A DNA stretch of 64,000 nucleotides from Bacilli bacterium (GCA_045612885.1 JAZKZZ010000015.1:5431-69430), one strand, 5' to 3'; shown: positions 53,201 through 62,726, counted from the first letter of the stretch. A program made the numbers and translations. The notes: generated by a model from the letters alone, not told the origin.

Positions 53201-54679
53201 TTAATTCAAATATATGTCTGGTAAGTCGTTTTCTATTAACACTATTTTTTCACTCTTTATTTTTTTTATATCCTCCATTGCCTCTTTAAAAGAATCTTTA
53301 TAACTATACAATTGATAATTTACACTATTAAAATACTCTTTTATATGTTTACTGTTTTCACTAATCAAGTAAACATAGTCAACTTTCTTAATTATTTCTT
53401 TGGCAATCTCGATGCTTAATTGTTTATTATTATCTCCTTGTTCTATTATTCCTGGAGTAACAATTATTTTATATTTTTCTGATAAATTTAAAATTTCTAA
53501 CGCCTCTTTAAATCCTTTAATATTACTATTATAAGAATCATCTAAAACTTCTATATTTTCGATAATTTTAGGTTCAAGTCGATGTTCTATAGGTTTTACA
53601 TTTTTTATATTTTTTAAAATTTCTTCTATACTCATATCAAGCGCTAAACACACAGTGATAACACATAAAATATTTTCCACACTATGATATGAAACCAAAT
53701 TAATACTAACTTTTGAAATATATTTATTTTTTATATACAACTCAAATTCACTTTTATTAGAAAAGAGTTTTATATTCTTAGCCATCACATCGCTATTTTC
53801 TTTAATTCCATATCTTAAAACATTCTTATTCCCATAGTCATAATTTCTTAATAAATCATTATCATTATTGATAATACCAATGCCTTTCGAGTCTAAACAT
53901 TCTATAAGTTTTATCTTTTCTTTTAAAATGTTATCTTTGTTTTTAAATGACAAAAGATGTTGATTTCCAATTTCAGTTATAACAGCAATATTTGGTTTAA
54001 CAATATTAATTAACTTATTCATTCCTCTTTTTCTATCTACACCATATTCACAAATAAAGTAATCATCATATTTATCCACATAATCATTAATACTCTTAGT
54101 AATTCCTACCCTATTATTATAGGATTTTGGAGTTTTAGAAACATTAAATTTATTAATCATCATATCATAAACAATATTCTTAACACTTGTTTTTCCACAA
54201 CTCCCAGTAATTCCAATAACGAATTTATTTTTAATCTTTTTCTTTGCCTTTTTTAAAAACTTTATAAATACTATTTTTTCTATTAAAAGAGATAAACAAT
54301 GTAATAACAATAAATATAAAAAAGGCACAATAAAAACATATTTTAAAACATCACAAACACACATAATAGACAATAATAGAAAATGAATCACTAGCACCCT
54401 TTTAATCCTAAAAGTATATTTTAATCTGATTGTTTGCCTAATTAAATACATTAATAAAGGGATAGTCAACGCTATATATAACAAATTCATTTTAATTACA
54501 AAAATTCCCAATAAAAAATATAAAAAATAAAGATATTCTTTTTTATTTTTCTTTAGATGATAAATATATTTATTAAATTCGTAATGATAAATCTGAATTA
54601 TTGTATATTCTTTTAGAACCACAAAAGTAATAGTTAACATAAATAAAGCATTAGAGATAATATTCACGTTTCTTTTCAT
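53201..54679 (-). CDS. murF: MurF-like Mur ligase (UDP-MurNAc-tripeptide--D-Ala-D-Ala ligase) with an atypical ~150-aa hydrophobic N-terminal region
   Basis: Central ITGSCGKTS P-loop. EYGVD...PNIAVITEIGNQHL. C-terminal HRLE...DDSYNSN. It sits in the classic ddl-murF pairing. The first 150 aa read as about four TM helices rather than the canonical N-terminal substrate-binding domain. Confidence 0.75.
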   Translation of the reverse strand: MKRNVNIISNALFMLTITFVVLKEYTIIQIYHYEFNKYIYHLKKNKKEYLYFLYFLLGIFVIKMNLLYIALTIPLLMYLIRQTIRLKYTFRIKRVLVIHFLLLSIMCVCDVLKYVFIVPFLYLLLLHCLSLLIEKIVFIKFLKKAKKKIKNKFVIGITGSCGKTSVKNIVYDMMINKFNVSKTPKSYNNRVGITKSINDYVDKYDDYFICEYGVDRKRGMNKLINIVKPNIAVITEIGNQHLLSFKNKDNILKEKIKLIECLDSKGIGIINNDNDLLRNYDYGNKNVLRYGIKENSDVMAKNIKLFSNKSEFELYIKNKYISKVSINLVSYHSVENILCVITVCLALDMSIEEILKNIKNVKPIEHRLEPKIIENIEVLDDSYNSNIKGFKEALEILNLSEKYKIIVTPGIIEQGDNNKQLSIEIAKEIIKKVDYVYLISENSKHIKEYFNSVNYQLYSYKDSFKEAMEDIKKIKSEKIVLIENDLPDIYLN

Positions 54680-55379
54680 TCTCCTTTATGAAATTATTTA
54701 TTTCCATAGAAACAATATTTCTATTATCTAAATATGCAAAATGATCTCCTTTAATAACTCTTAAACGGCTTTTTCTAACTTTTTTATTTATCCTTTTTGC
54801 TTTCTTATACTCCACTTTACAATCTTCTTTTGAATATATTAGTAATAATGGAATCTTAATTTCTTTTAATCTTTTATTATAATGGGTATTTACTACACTA
54901 ATAAAGAATCCCTTCATTTCATCTTTAGTATTTTTATAATCATTACTTCCCATATAATTTTTAATTCTTAATAATTTTTTCAATTTATACAAATAAACTT
55001 TAAAATAATATTTTAATCCCCTTTTAGGTTTTAATAATGGTGAAGCAATCAATGTAATTCCTTTAATTTTCCCATATTTCAAATAATAATGTACGCCTAC
55101 TTTTCCTCCAAAAGAATGTCCTATTACATATTTAGGTGTTAAATGTAATTTAAATAGTAAAAAATCATGTATTCTAGTACAATATTCATCTATATTTTTC
55201 TCATTATTATATTCGCTATTGCCAAATCCCGGCATATCTATGAAAACACACTTATATTTTTTAAAAAGATTCTCACTTATAGGATACATCATCTCTTTAT
55301 TTTGTCCCCAACCATGCAAAAATAAAATTACAGGTCCTTCTCCTAAAATAAAATAATCTAGTTCAGGCAAATGAATCAC
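54651..55379 (-). CDS. Alpha/beta-fold hydrolase
   Basis: HGWGQN oxyanion region. GHSFGG nucleophile elbow. 29-nt overlap with the murF start. Confidence 0.75.
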   Translation of the reverse strand: MIHLPELDYFILGEGPVILFLHGWGQNKEMMYPISENLFKKYKCVFIDMPGFGNSEYNNEKNIDEYCTRIHDFLLFKLHLTPKYVIGHSFGGKVGVHYYLKYGKIKGITLIASPLLKPKRGLKYYFKVYLYKLKKLLRIKNYMGSNDYKNTKDEMKGFFISVVNTHYNKRLKEIKIPLLLIYSKEDCKVEYKKAKRINKKVRKSRLRVIKGDHFAYLDNRNIVSMEINNFIKENEKKREYYL

Positions 55380-55418
55380 CTCATACTAGATTATGTTATT
55401 TATTATATTTTGTGATGA

Positions 55419-56213
55419 TTATAAACTTTCTAAATATTCAACTTTATTCTTAGCATTTTCCATAAATCGCATTTTCTCTTCTTTAGTTAAATAGTTATCT
55501 AAATAAACATCTTTATTTTTAAATTCTAGGGCTATATTAAAATTCCTAATAGATTTTTTTAAATCATATTTTGAACTTTCTTTATCCATATAAATTAAGC
55601 CTAAACAAATATAAGCTAAATAATTTTCCTCATCCCATTTTGTAGCATAAATCAAATCTTTTTCTGATTTACTTATCCTATCTTTTACACTCATTCCTAT
55701 TATCTCACCATTTACAATATATTGATAAGACCTCAGTGCTAAAGCGTATGCTTTTAAAGTTCTATTTTTTGTTTGTTTTTCTAAGTAATCAACCCAATCA
55801 TTTCCATCTTCAATATTAACTGATTTATGGCTTCCAGTATGACTATACGCAATATTTGTTTGCCCATAGAGTGCTTGAATGAGTATAATCATAGTTTCGG
55901 GATTATTATATGGTCTACTAGATAATTCATATAAAATCTCTCTAGCAAACTCTATGTAATCTCTTTTTTTATCTTTAATTATTTCATTATCAAAATCAAA
56001 GTTTTTAGCTATTAAAGTAGCAACTTTTTCGCCATATTTTTCTCTTGCTAGAGAATCTTGTTCTTTTTCGGCAGTGGAAAGCAATTCGTAATTTTCATTA
56101 AATTGTTTTAAATATTCAGGTGCTTTTTTTAATAGATTTTTTTCTATAAATAAATCATCATTAATTTTAGTAACTTTTTTCAATTTGTTTTTTGTATCTA
56201 TCACAAAAATCAC
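55419..56213 (-). CDS. Hypothetical protein, 264 aa
   Basis: Clean ORF divergent from the transglutaminase-like gene. No motifs recognised. Confidence 0.55.
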   Translation of the reverse strand: MIFVIDTKNKLKKVTKINDDLFIEKNLLKKAPEYLKQFNENYELLSTAEKEQDSLAREKYGEKVATLIAKNFDFDNEIIKDKKRDYIEFAREILYELSSRPYNNPETMIILIQALYGQTNIAYSHTGSHKSVNIEDGNDWVDYLEKQTKNRTLKAYALALRSYQYIVNGEIIGMSVKDRISKSEKDLIYATKWDEENYLAYICLGLIYMDKESSKYDLKKSIRNFNIALEFKNKDVYLDNYLTKEEKMRFMENAKNKVEYLESL

Positions 56214-56340
56214 CTCATTAAAATTAGAATATCATAAATTATGCTCCATTTAATCAATATATACGATTTATTTTAAAAATTTAGAAAATACTAAGGACAA
56301 TTATTTATTATTTTATATAATAAACTAAGAGGTGTTTTAG

Positions 56341-58092
56341 ATGGAAAAAGTAGTTAATTACACATATTATGCAATATTGCAAGATGATAATAACTTAATT
56401 AAAAAAGATAAAATTTTTGTTCAGCATAATAATGCAAGATTACTATTTCCAATAAGTTTTGATAAAGAAACATTGGAAAAAAACTACAGCATATATAAAG
56501 AGATGCTCGAAGAAGGATTTATACATAGTCAAGAAATTAATAAATTATCATTTAACCTGTTAGAAATACATAAAAGTTTAACCTGTGATAATTGGAAAAT
56601 TTTAATTGATTTTGCAAAAGAACATAATATCAATTTTAGAGTCAATATCAAAGAAGAATATACTCCCGAGGAAATGTCTAATTATATCCAATCTTTTATA
56701 AAAAAAGAAAATGGCATAGAAACATTTGTTTTTAAAAGAGAACAATTAGAAAACCCAGAAAATCCATTTCTAGAAGGTATAGAAAATGATGAAAATATTT
56801 TTAAAGATTCAAATGTAAATACTTGTTTTTATATTAACAATGAATTTAGAGATAATTTCAAGTCGCAAATTCATAAATCACTAGAAAGATTTAATGGCCA
56901 GATGACATTAAATTTACAAAGTGGTAAAAGTTTCGATAATGACGCTAAGGAAGAAGTGATTTGGAGGATTAATTACTTAAAAGAAAATTACCCTGATAAA
57001 AAAATTGATATCACTTTTTCGACTGCTAATAGATATTATCTTAAAGAGGAATTCATTAAAATTTTAGAAATCGAAGAATACATCAAAAATAACTATAATC
57101 CTGAATATGAGTTGCGATTTACAGGAAATAATAAATTTTACAATAAAGAACAAATAGTATCCGCTAATAGTAAAATTAATAGAACAGTAGATAAATTAAA
57201 ACTTTCTAATTTATCACCATACGAAAAAGTAATGTTTATAACAAAATTATTAAATGAAAAAAAGTATTACAAATGTAAAAGTAATGATTCTCTTTCAAGA
57301 GATTTATATAGCATATTAAACACTAGAAATATTATCTGTACAGGATATGCTTATTTGATGGATGTAATCTTAAATGAATTAAATGATGAAAATATCAAAT
57401 CTAAAAGTGAAACTATTATTCAAACTGATTATTTTAACCAAGAAGAATATCATGAAGTCAATTGTGTTTATATAAAAGATGAAAAATATGGCATTGAAGG
57501 ATATTATAACTTAGATATTAATTTTTATGGGGAAAATTATAATCATTTTATGACTCCAGTAACAGATATCGATTCATTGTATGCGTCTCGATATAAATCT
57601 GTACTAAAAGCTACAGAAACAACAAGGGGAAATCTTGGTGATCAAACCATGCCAATTTATCCTAATAATGAAAGCTACTATACTATTTTTACTAAATTAA
57701 AAAATAGTAATAATTGGCAAGATAATGTATTAAATAGTACAAAACAATTTTTAAGTACCCCTATGGGAAATAAAATAGCAGACAATATGGGAATTACCAT
57801 CAAAAAAGATTCAGACGCATTAAAAATCATTAATGAGATAATAGCTCAATCTCCCCCTATACCTATTGAATGCACACAAAAAGCATTAGAAGTAGTAAGT
57901 AAGTCATATTTAGGATTAAACAGTGCTCAAGCAGCAGAATATTCAAGAAATAAAATCGTAGAAAATATTTTTGATAGTTTGTTTTTACAAGAAAGAAAAA
58001 ATTGTAAAAATTGTTTTGCTAAACTTAGTAAAGAAATTGAAGAAGAAAATCTAAATAAAAATAAGGTGTGTCACGATTCTAGACATATTTGA
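56341..58092 (+). CDS. Cytoplasmic transglutaminase-like (papain-fold Cys-His-Asp) protein, 583 aa
   Basis: NIICTGYAYLMDVIL (CxGxA nucleophile context), then HEVNCVYI, then YYNLD, spaced like a transglutaminase-core triad. No signal peptide. Confidence 0.55.
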   Translation: MEKVVNYTYYAILQDDNNLIKKDKIFVQHNNARLLFPISFDKETLEKNYSIYKEMLEEGFIHSQEINKLSFNLLEIHKSLTCDNWKILIDFAKEHNINFRVNIKEEYTPEEMSNYIQSFIKKENGIETFVFKREQLENPENPFLEGIENDENIFKDSNVNTCFYINNEFRDNFKSQIHKSLERFNGQMTLNLQSGKSFDNDAKEEVIWRINYLKENYPDKKIDITFSTANRYYLKEEFIKILEIEEYIKNNYNPEYELRFTGNNKFYNKEQIVSANSKINRTVDKLKLSNLSPYEKVMFITKLLNEKKYYKCKSNDSLSRDLYSILNTRNIICTGYAYLMDVILNELNDENIKSKSETIIQTDYFNQEEYHEVNCVYIKDEKYGIEGYYNLDINFYGENYNHFMTPVTDIDSLYASRYKSVLKATETTRGNLGDQTMPIYPNNESYYTIFTKLKNSNNWQDNVLNSTKQFLSTPMGNKIADNMGITIKKDSDALKIINEIIAQSPPIPIECTQKALEVVSKSYLGLNSAQAAEYSRNKIVENIFDSLFLQERKNCKNCFAKLSKEIEEENLNKNKVCHDSRHI

Positions 58093-58158
58093 ATATAATA
58101 ACTATTTTATAAACTTTTTTAAGTTTAATTGATATAATAATAAAAAGGAGTGATGTGA

Positions 58159-58623
58159 GTGGAATCTATTTTAGAAATAATGCCCTGGATTTGGGGAGGC
58201 ATATTTGTAGTGACTCTTGTTATAGAATTTGAAAGTTCTGATTTGGATGCTTTATGGTTTTCAATCGGTGCATTAGTATCGCTTATTGTGGATTTATTCT
58301 TCCCTGAATTAGGAATAGTATGGCAACTTCTAATATTCATTCTAACAACTGTTTTGTTACTATTCACTTTAGGACGTTGGGCTAAAAAGAAATTTAGGAC
58401 AGAACATATTTCTACTAACGCGGATGCTTTAGTAGGTAAAGAAATTCTAATTTTAGAGGATTGTAGTGAATTTGATAAAGGTAGTGGGTCTGTAAATGAT
58501 GTTGTATGGACAACTATTTGTCAATCAGGATATTCTTTAAAAAAAGGTGATCATGCAATTATAGTTGCAATTGAAGGTAATAAACTTATAGTAAAAAACA
58601 AGGAGGAAGAAAAAAATGTCTAA
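58159..58623 (+). CDS. NfeD-like membrane protein (partner of SPFH proteins)
   Basis: N-terminal TM helices plus a C-terminal OB-fold-like segment. 8-nt overlap with the downstream SPFH gene. Confidence 0.75.
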   Translation: MESILEIMPWIWGGIFVVTLVIEFESSDLDALWFSIGALVSLIVDLFFPELGIVWQLLIFILTTVLLLFTLGRWAKKKFRTEHISTNADALVGKEILILEDCSEFDKGSGSVNDVVWTTICQSGYSLKKGDHAIIVAIEGNKLIVKNKEEEKNV

Positions 58624-59536
58624 TGTTGTTATTTTTATTTTAATAGCACTAGCTATATTTGTACTTATAATTATTTCAAAATCAATTGTTGTCGTTAAAC
58701 AATCAACAGCTTATGTTATAGAAAGATTAGGAGCTTATAATAGAACTTTAGGAGTAGGATTACATGTTATTGTGCCATTCTTTGATAGAATAGCAAATAA
58801 AGTAACATTAAAAGAAACAGTAGAGGATTTTCCTCCTCAACCAGTTATCACAAAAGATAATGTTACAATGCAAATTGACACTGTTGTATATTTTCAAATA
58901 ACAGATCCAAAATTATTTGCATATGGAGTTCATAATCCTATTAATGCATTAGCGAATCTGACTGCTACTACATTAAGAAACATCATTGGTGACTTGGAGT
59001 TAGATGAAACTCTAACAAGTAGAGATACTATTAATGGTAAAATGCGTTTAATCCTTGATGAAGCTACTGATCCTTGGGGTATTAAAGTTAATAGAGTGGA
59101 AGTTAAAAATATTCTTCCTCCTAGGGATATTCAAGATGCTATGGAAAAACAAATGAGAGCAGAAAGAGAAAGAAGAGAAGCTATTCTTAAAGCTGAAGGA
59201 GAAAAGAAAGCTGCAATCCTAACAGCAGAGGGTGAAAAAGAATCAACAATCCTTAGAGCAGAAGCTAAAAAACAAGCTGAAATTGCAGAAGCAGAAGGTA
59301 AAGCAGAAGCGCAAAAACTACTTGCAGATGCTCAAGCATACTCAATAGATGTAATTAATAAAGCTAATCCTAATATGGCTTATGTTACTTTAAAAGGTTA
59401 TGAGTCTTTGGAAAAAGTTGCTAATGGACAATCTACAAAGCTTATTATCCCATCTAATTTACAAGAAAGTGCAAGTTTTATCTCTTCATTAGCAGAAGTT
59501 GCTACAACAAAAAAAGCTAAAGAAGAAAAAAAATAA
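58616..59536 (+). CDS. SPFH/band-7 (stomatin/prohibitin-like) protein
   Basis: N-terminal TM anchor. SPFH core (YFQITDP...ALANLTATTLRNIIG). Coiled-coil EA-rich C-terminal tail. Confidence 0.9.
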   Translation: MSNVVIFILIALAIFVLIIISKSIVVVKQSTAYVIERLGAYNRTLGVGLHVIVPFFDRIANKVTLKETVEDFPPQPVITKDNVTMQIDTVVYFQITDPKLFAYGVHNPINALANLTATTLRNIIGDLELDETLTSRDTINGKMRLILDEATDPWGIKVNRVEVKNILPPRDIQDAMEKQMRAERERREAILKAEGEKKAAILTAEGEKESTILRAEAKKQAEIAEAEGKAEAQKLLADAQAYSIDVINKANPNMAYVTLKGYESLEKVANGQSTKLIIPSNLQESASFISSLAEVATTKKAKEEKK

Positions 59537-59547
59537 GTAATAAAAAA

Positions 59548-59575
59548 CTTAGATAATGTTATCTAAGTTTTTTTA
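59548..59575. terminator. Bidirectional terminator between the SPFH gene (+) and the 429-aa gene (-)
   Basis: cttagataa-tg-ttatctaag palindrome with an A-run on the left and T8 on the right. Confidence 0.7.
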
Positions 59576-60862
59576 TTTTCTAGAATTAATTGGATCATAT
59601 TTTATCATATAATCATGTAAGATATTCATTGTTAAAATATTAATATCTTTTAATGTTAATGTTCCTATATATTCTATGTTTTTTTCTATTTCTTTAATTG
59701 ATTTATCTTTAGTAGTTTTATCTATTATTCCATCATAAAAATTGAATCCGTCTTCATAATTGTAATAGAACCTACCATGCATTATTGAGTTACGCAATTT
59801 ATTAAAATCTATTTTGCAGTCTTTTAAATATTCTTTTACACTTTCTGGATCCATATATGTGAAAATACTAAATAAAATATTATTGGCAAGACAGGCTTCA
59901 AATCTTGATGGATACCCAAGATAATCTTGAATAGCTATTATATCTACAGGTTCTTCTTTTTCTATTTTACTATCGAAAACCTTATGCATAAATTCATTTC
60001 TAGTGATGTATTTATCTTTTAATATCGATAAGTAATTTATTGTCATACAACAATCTTTGATGGCGTTATTAGCATTGCATTTAAATGGGAATTTTAGTAT
60101 AAAGAACGAGGGATCGTAAGGGTGTATTCCCATATTTATAGTAGCTTCATCTAATCCATCACTATTTTTAATTATACAATTATATAAGGCTTTCTTTTGA
60201 AGTTTATCCATTGGAATATCAACTTTAGCATTTGGATCAAAAGCATGTATATATTTATGGACATTAAAAGGATTAAGTTTCTTATTCAATACAGCATTAC
60301 TTAACCTACTTGCATACATACTAATTCCTAAACTAGGAGGATTAATAGCATTAGTTAGGTATATATTAGCTAGGCTAACCAATTCATCAATATGTATTTT
60401 TAACTTGATTTCTTGAGATTTTAATTTTCTATGAATAATTACATTATCTTTATCATCCCACATCCAATTAGGAACTATATTTCCATCATCATTATGTGCA
60501 AAAGATTGTCTTATAATATCAAATAATTTTTTAGAATTAATTGTCTTTAAATTGCCATTTACATCAATATTAAATTTTAATTTAGAAAAATCCTTTTTAC
60601 TCTTCTTTAATGATTCATCAAAATTATCATTTACTACCTCATACAAATAGACAAAATATTGCGTTATTAAAGACCTCATAGTCAATCTTTTCATATGAGT
60701 TAATAAGCTATAGTGTTGCTCTTTATAGTATTTATTTAAACTATCTGGCAAATGATTCATTAACTTAGTATTAGGCACATATTTCCATTCATATAAAGTA
60801 TGATAAAAAAACAATTGAACTAATAAAGAATATCTATTTCCTTTCATAACTTCATTACTCAT
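59573..60862 (-). CDS. Hypothetical 429-aa protein with a C-terminal HEPN-like R-N-x3-H-G motif (candidate Abi-like RNase)
   Basis: KLRNSIMHGRFYY near the C-terminus fits the Rx4-6H HEPN signature. The rest is unrecognised. Confidence 0.5.
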   Translation of the reverse strand: MSNEVMKGNRYSLLVQLFFYHTLYEWKYVPNTKLMNHLPDSLNKYYKEQHYSLLTHMKRLTMRSLITQYFVYLYEVVNDNFDESLKKSKKDFSKLKFNIDVNGNLKTINSKKLFDIIRQSFAHNDDGNIVPNWMWDDKDNVIIHRKLKSQEIKLKIHIDELVSLANIYLTNAINPPSLGISMYASRLSNAVLNKKLNPFNVHKYIHAFDPNAKVDIPMDKLQKKALYNCIIKNSDGLDEATINMGIHPYDPSFFILKFPFKCNANNAIKDCCMTINYLSILKDKYITRNEFMHKVFDSKIEKEEPVDIIAIQDYLGYPSRFEACLANNILFSIFTYMDPESVKEYLKDCKIDFNKLRNSIMHGRFYYNYEDGFNFYDGIIDKTTKDKSIKEIEKNIEYIGTLTLKDINILTMNILHDYMIKYDPINSRK

Positions 60863-61026
60863 ATTACCACTCCAACAATATTTTATTAGAGTTAGTTATG
60901 AGTGTCAATTATAATATTTTACTCACAATAATAGTATCTATGTAGACAACAACATTTTGTATAGATGCAGCAACTAAACAAGCTATTAATCTGTTTGAAA
61001 GAAAAGGTGATTATAGTGTTTCGTAC

Positions 61027-61389
61027 TTGAGATATATCATACAAATTGCTCAAGAAAACATAGAGAAAGAGTTCAACTATCCAGTCAGTGAATACTCGGA
61101 CTGGTATATAGTTAAGTGTAAGATGACTGATGAAGAAGCTAGACAGTCAGAGATGGAACACAGAGTATTTCAAATAACAGAGAATAGGAAGATAATCTCA
61201 CTATTCACTGAAGAATTGAAAAAGAGAGAAGAGTTAACTATGGATGAAATCTATAATCATCTGAAAGATAAGTATTACTTGTGTGTTAGTAAAGATAAGA
61301 GTGAGAGTGACTCATATATGAAAGGTGTATATGTAGGCGTGGCACTAGCATATCAAGACATATGTCAGTTGCTTAAGATGGAGTTATGA
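61027..61389 (+). CDS. Small ORF (120 aa, TTG start) inside a GC-richer segment. Probably a 5'-truncated gene remnant.
   Basis: The frame stays open back to 60946 with no ATG and no good SD. Codon usage is unlike the host. Confidence 0.35.
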   Translation: MRYIIQIAQENIEKEFNYPVSEYSDWYIVKCKMTDEEARQSEMEHRVFQITENRKIISLFTEELKKREELTMDEIYNHLKDKYYLCVSKDKSESDSYMKGVYVGVALAYQDICQLLKMEL

Positions 61390-61577
61390 CATACAAGGAA
61401 CAACTAAATGAGTTCAAGAGTCAAGATAGACTAAATCATGTAGAGATAGCAATAGCACTGGAAGTAGAATCATACTTTGAGAATGCAAGTGATGATCAAT
61501 TTGAATCTATATGCAGTTACATCAAAAGAATCTACCATACTAAGAGCAGAAGCCAAAAAGTTAGCCCAAATAGCTGA
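61386..61577 (+). CDS. Small ORF (63 aa), ATGA-coupled to the previous one, running into the SPFH-fragment frame junction
   Basis: Overlapping start/stop atgA. C-terminus out of frame with the adjacent SPFH fragment. Confidence 0.3.
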   Translation: MTYKEQLNEFKSQDRLNHVEIAIALEVESYFENASDDQFESICSYIKRIYHTKSRSQKVSPNS

Positions 61578-61809
61578 AGCAGAAGGGCAAGCACAGGCTG
61601 AAAAAGCCATATACGAGGCACAAGCTTATGGTATTAAAATAGTCAACGAAGCCAACCCAGGAAATGCTTACTTAACGATAAAAGCCTATGAGGCACTGAA
61701 AAATCTAGCAGAGGGCCAATCGACTAAAATCATAGTTCCTTCTAATTTACAAGAACTGGCAGGCCTAATCACTTCTATAAAAGAAATCGCTGACGACAAA
61801 AATAAATAA
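61537..61809 (+). pseudogene. 3' fragment (last ~90 codons) of a second, divergent SPFH/band-7 gene. No start codon.
   Basis: It encodes SKESTILRAEAKK...AQAYGIKIVNEANPGNAYLTIKAYEALKNLAEGQSTKIIVPSNLQE. This is colinear with the C-terminus of the intact SPFH at 59230-59536 (KESTILRAEAKK...GQSTKLIIPSNLQE) and shows clear nucleotide divergence from it. Confidence 0.7.
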
Positions 61810-61821
61810 CACGCATGTAAA

Positions 61822-61858
61822 AACCTCCAAAGTAGAAAAATCTATCTGGAGGTTTTCT
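61822..61858 (+). terminator. Rho-independent terminator after the SPFH fragment
   Basis: cctcca-(17-nt loop)-tggagg followed by ttttctt. Confidence 0.55.
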
Positions 61859-61964
61859 TGTGCGCTCCCACTTTAATTCGCATTTGAATTCTACAATGCG
61901 GTAAACAAGATCATAAGCGTACACATCTACTATACTTATAAATCTTTTGTTTTTATAGTAAAAG

Positions 61965-62507
61965 TTAGAATCTAAATTGTTTTATTTCTGCGTTTTTAAA
62001 ACTTCTTAAATGATTATCATTATTAAAATCAACATCAATCTGTAAAAGCAAGTCTTCTAAAAACGTAGCATTGCAATTATGCGTTATGATTAATATACTA
62101 TCAAACACGCAATTATTTTTTATGTCTATAAGAAAATCTTTTGTTCTATCATACGCACTTTGATAACTTTCCATACCACAAGATTCTGACCTGGAATATT
62201 TAAGTGTTTTTTCCTTTTCAGTCAAATCATATTTGCTTCTACCTGTAAAAATCCCTTGATCTATTTCAATAAGTCTTTTGTCTTTTATAACTTTTACATT
62301 ATGAAATTTATTCATTATGTTTGCAGTTTGCACAGTTCTCATAAGTGGTGAGCAATAGATTATATCGAAATTAGTATTCTTATATTTTTCAGCGACCTCT
62401 TCTGTCAACGCTATTCCTTTTTTGCTTAGCCTATTATTAGTATGTCCTTGTGTAATACCTTTTTCATTCCAAATTGTTGTCCCATGTCTCATTATATACA
62501 ATTTCAT
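61965..62507 (-). CDS. Histidine phosphatase (phosphoglycerate-mutase-like superfamily)
   Basis: N-terminal LYIMRHGTT (RHG catalytic motif) and a later H in ITHN. 180 aa. Confidence 0.8.
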   Translation of the reverse strand: MKLYIMRHGTTIWNEKGITQGHTNNRLSKKGIALTEEVAEKYKNTNFDIIYCSPLMRTVQTANIMNKFHNVKVIKDKRLIEIDQGIFTGRSKYDLTEKEKTLKYSRSESCGMESYQSAYDRTKDFLIDIKNNCVFDSILIITHNCNATFLEDLLLQIDVDFNNDNHLRSFKNAEIKQFRF

Positions 62508-62726
62508 TTACACATCTCCTAAACACATCATTAATTCTTCTTATATACTTATTGTAAATCAGTTGATTGCATTTTTCAAGCAACTAAAAAAAGCAATTTG
62601 TTTTGTTTTTTACAAATTAATTGCATATTATGATGACAATATTGTAATTATCTGTAATTCCCTAGATAAATCCTTAAAAAGAAAAAACAAACCCTTTAAT
62701 TTAAAAGAGTTCGCATATGACTTTCA

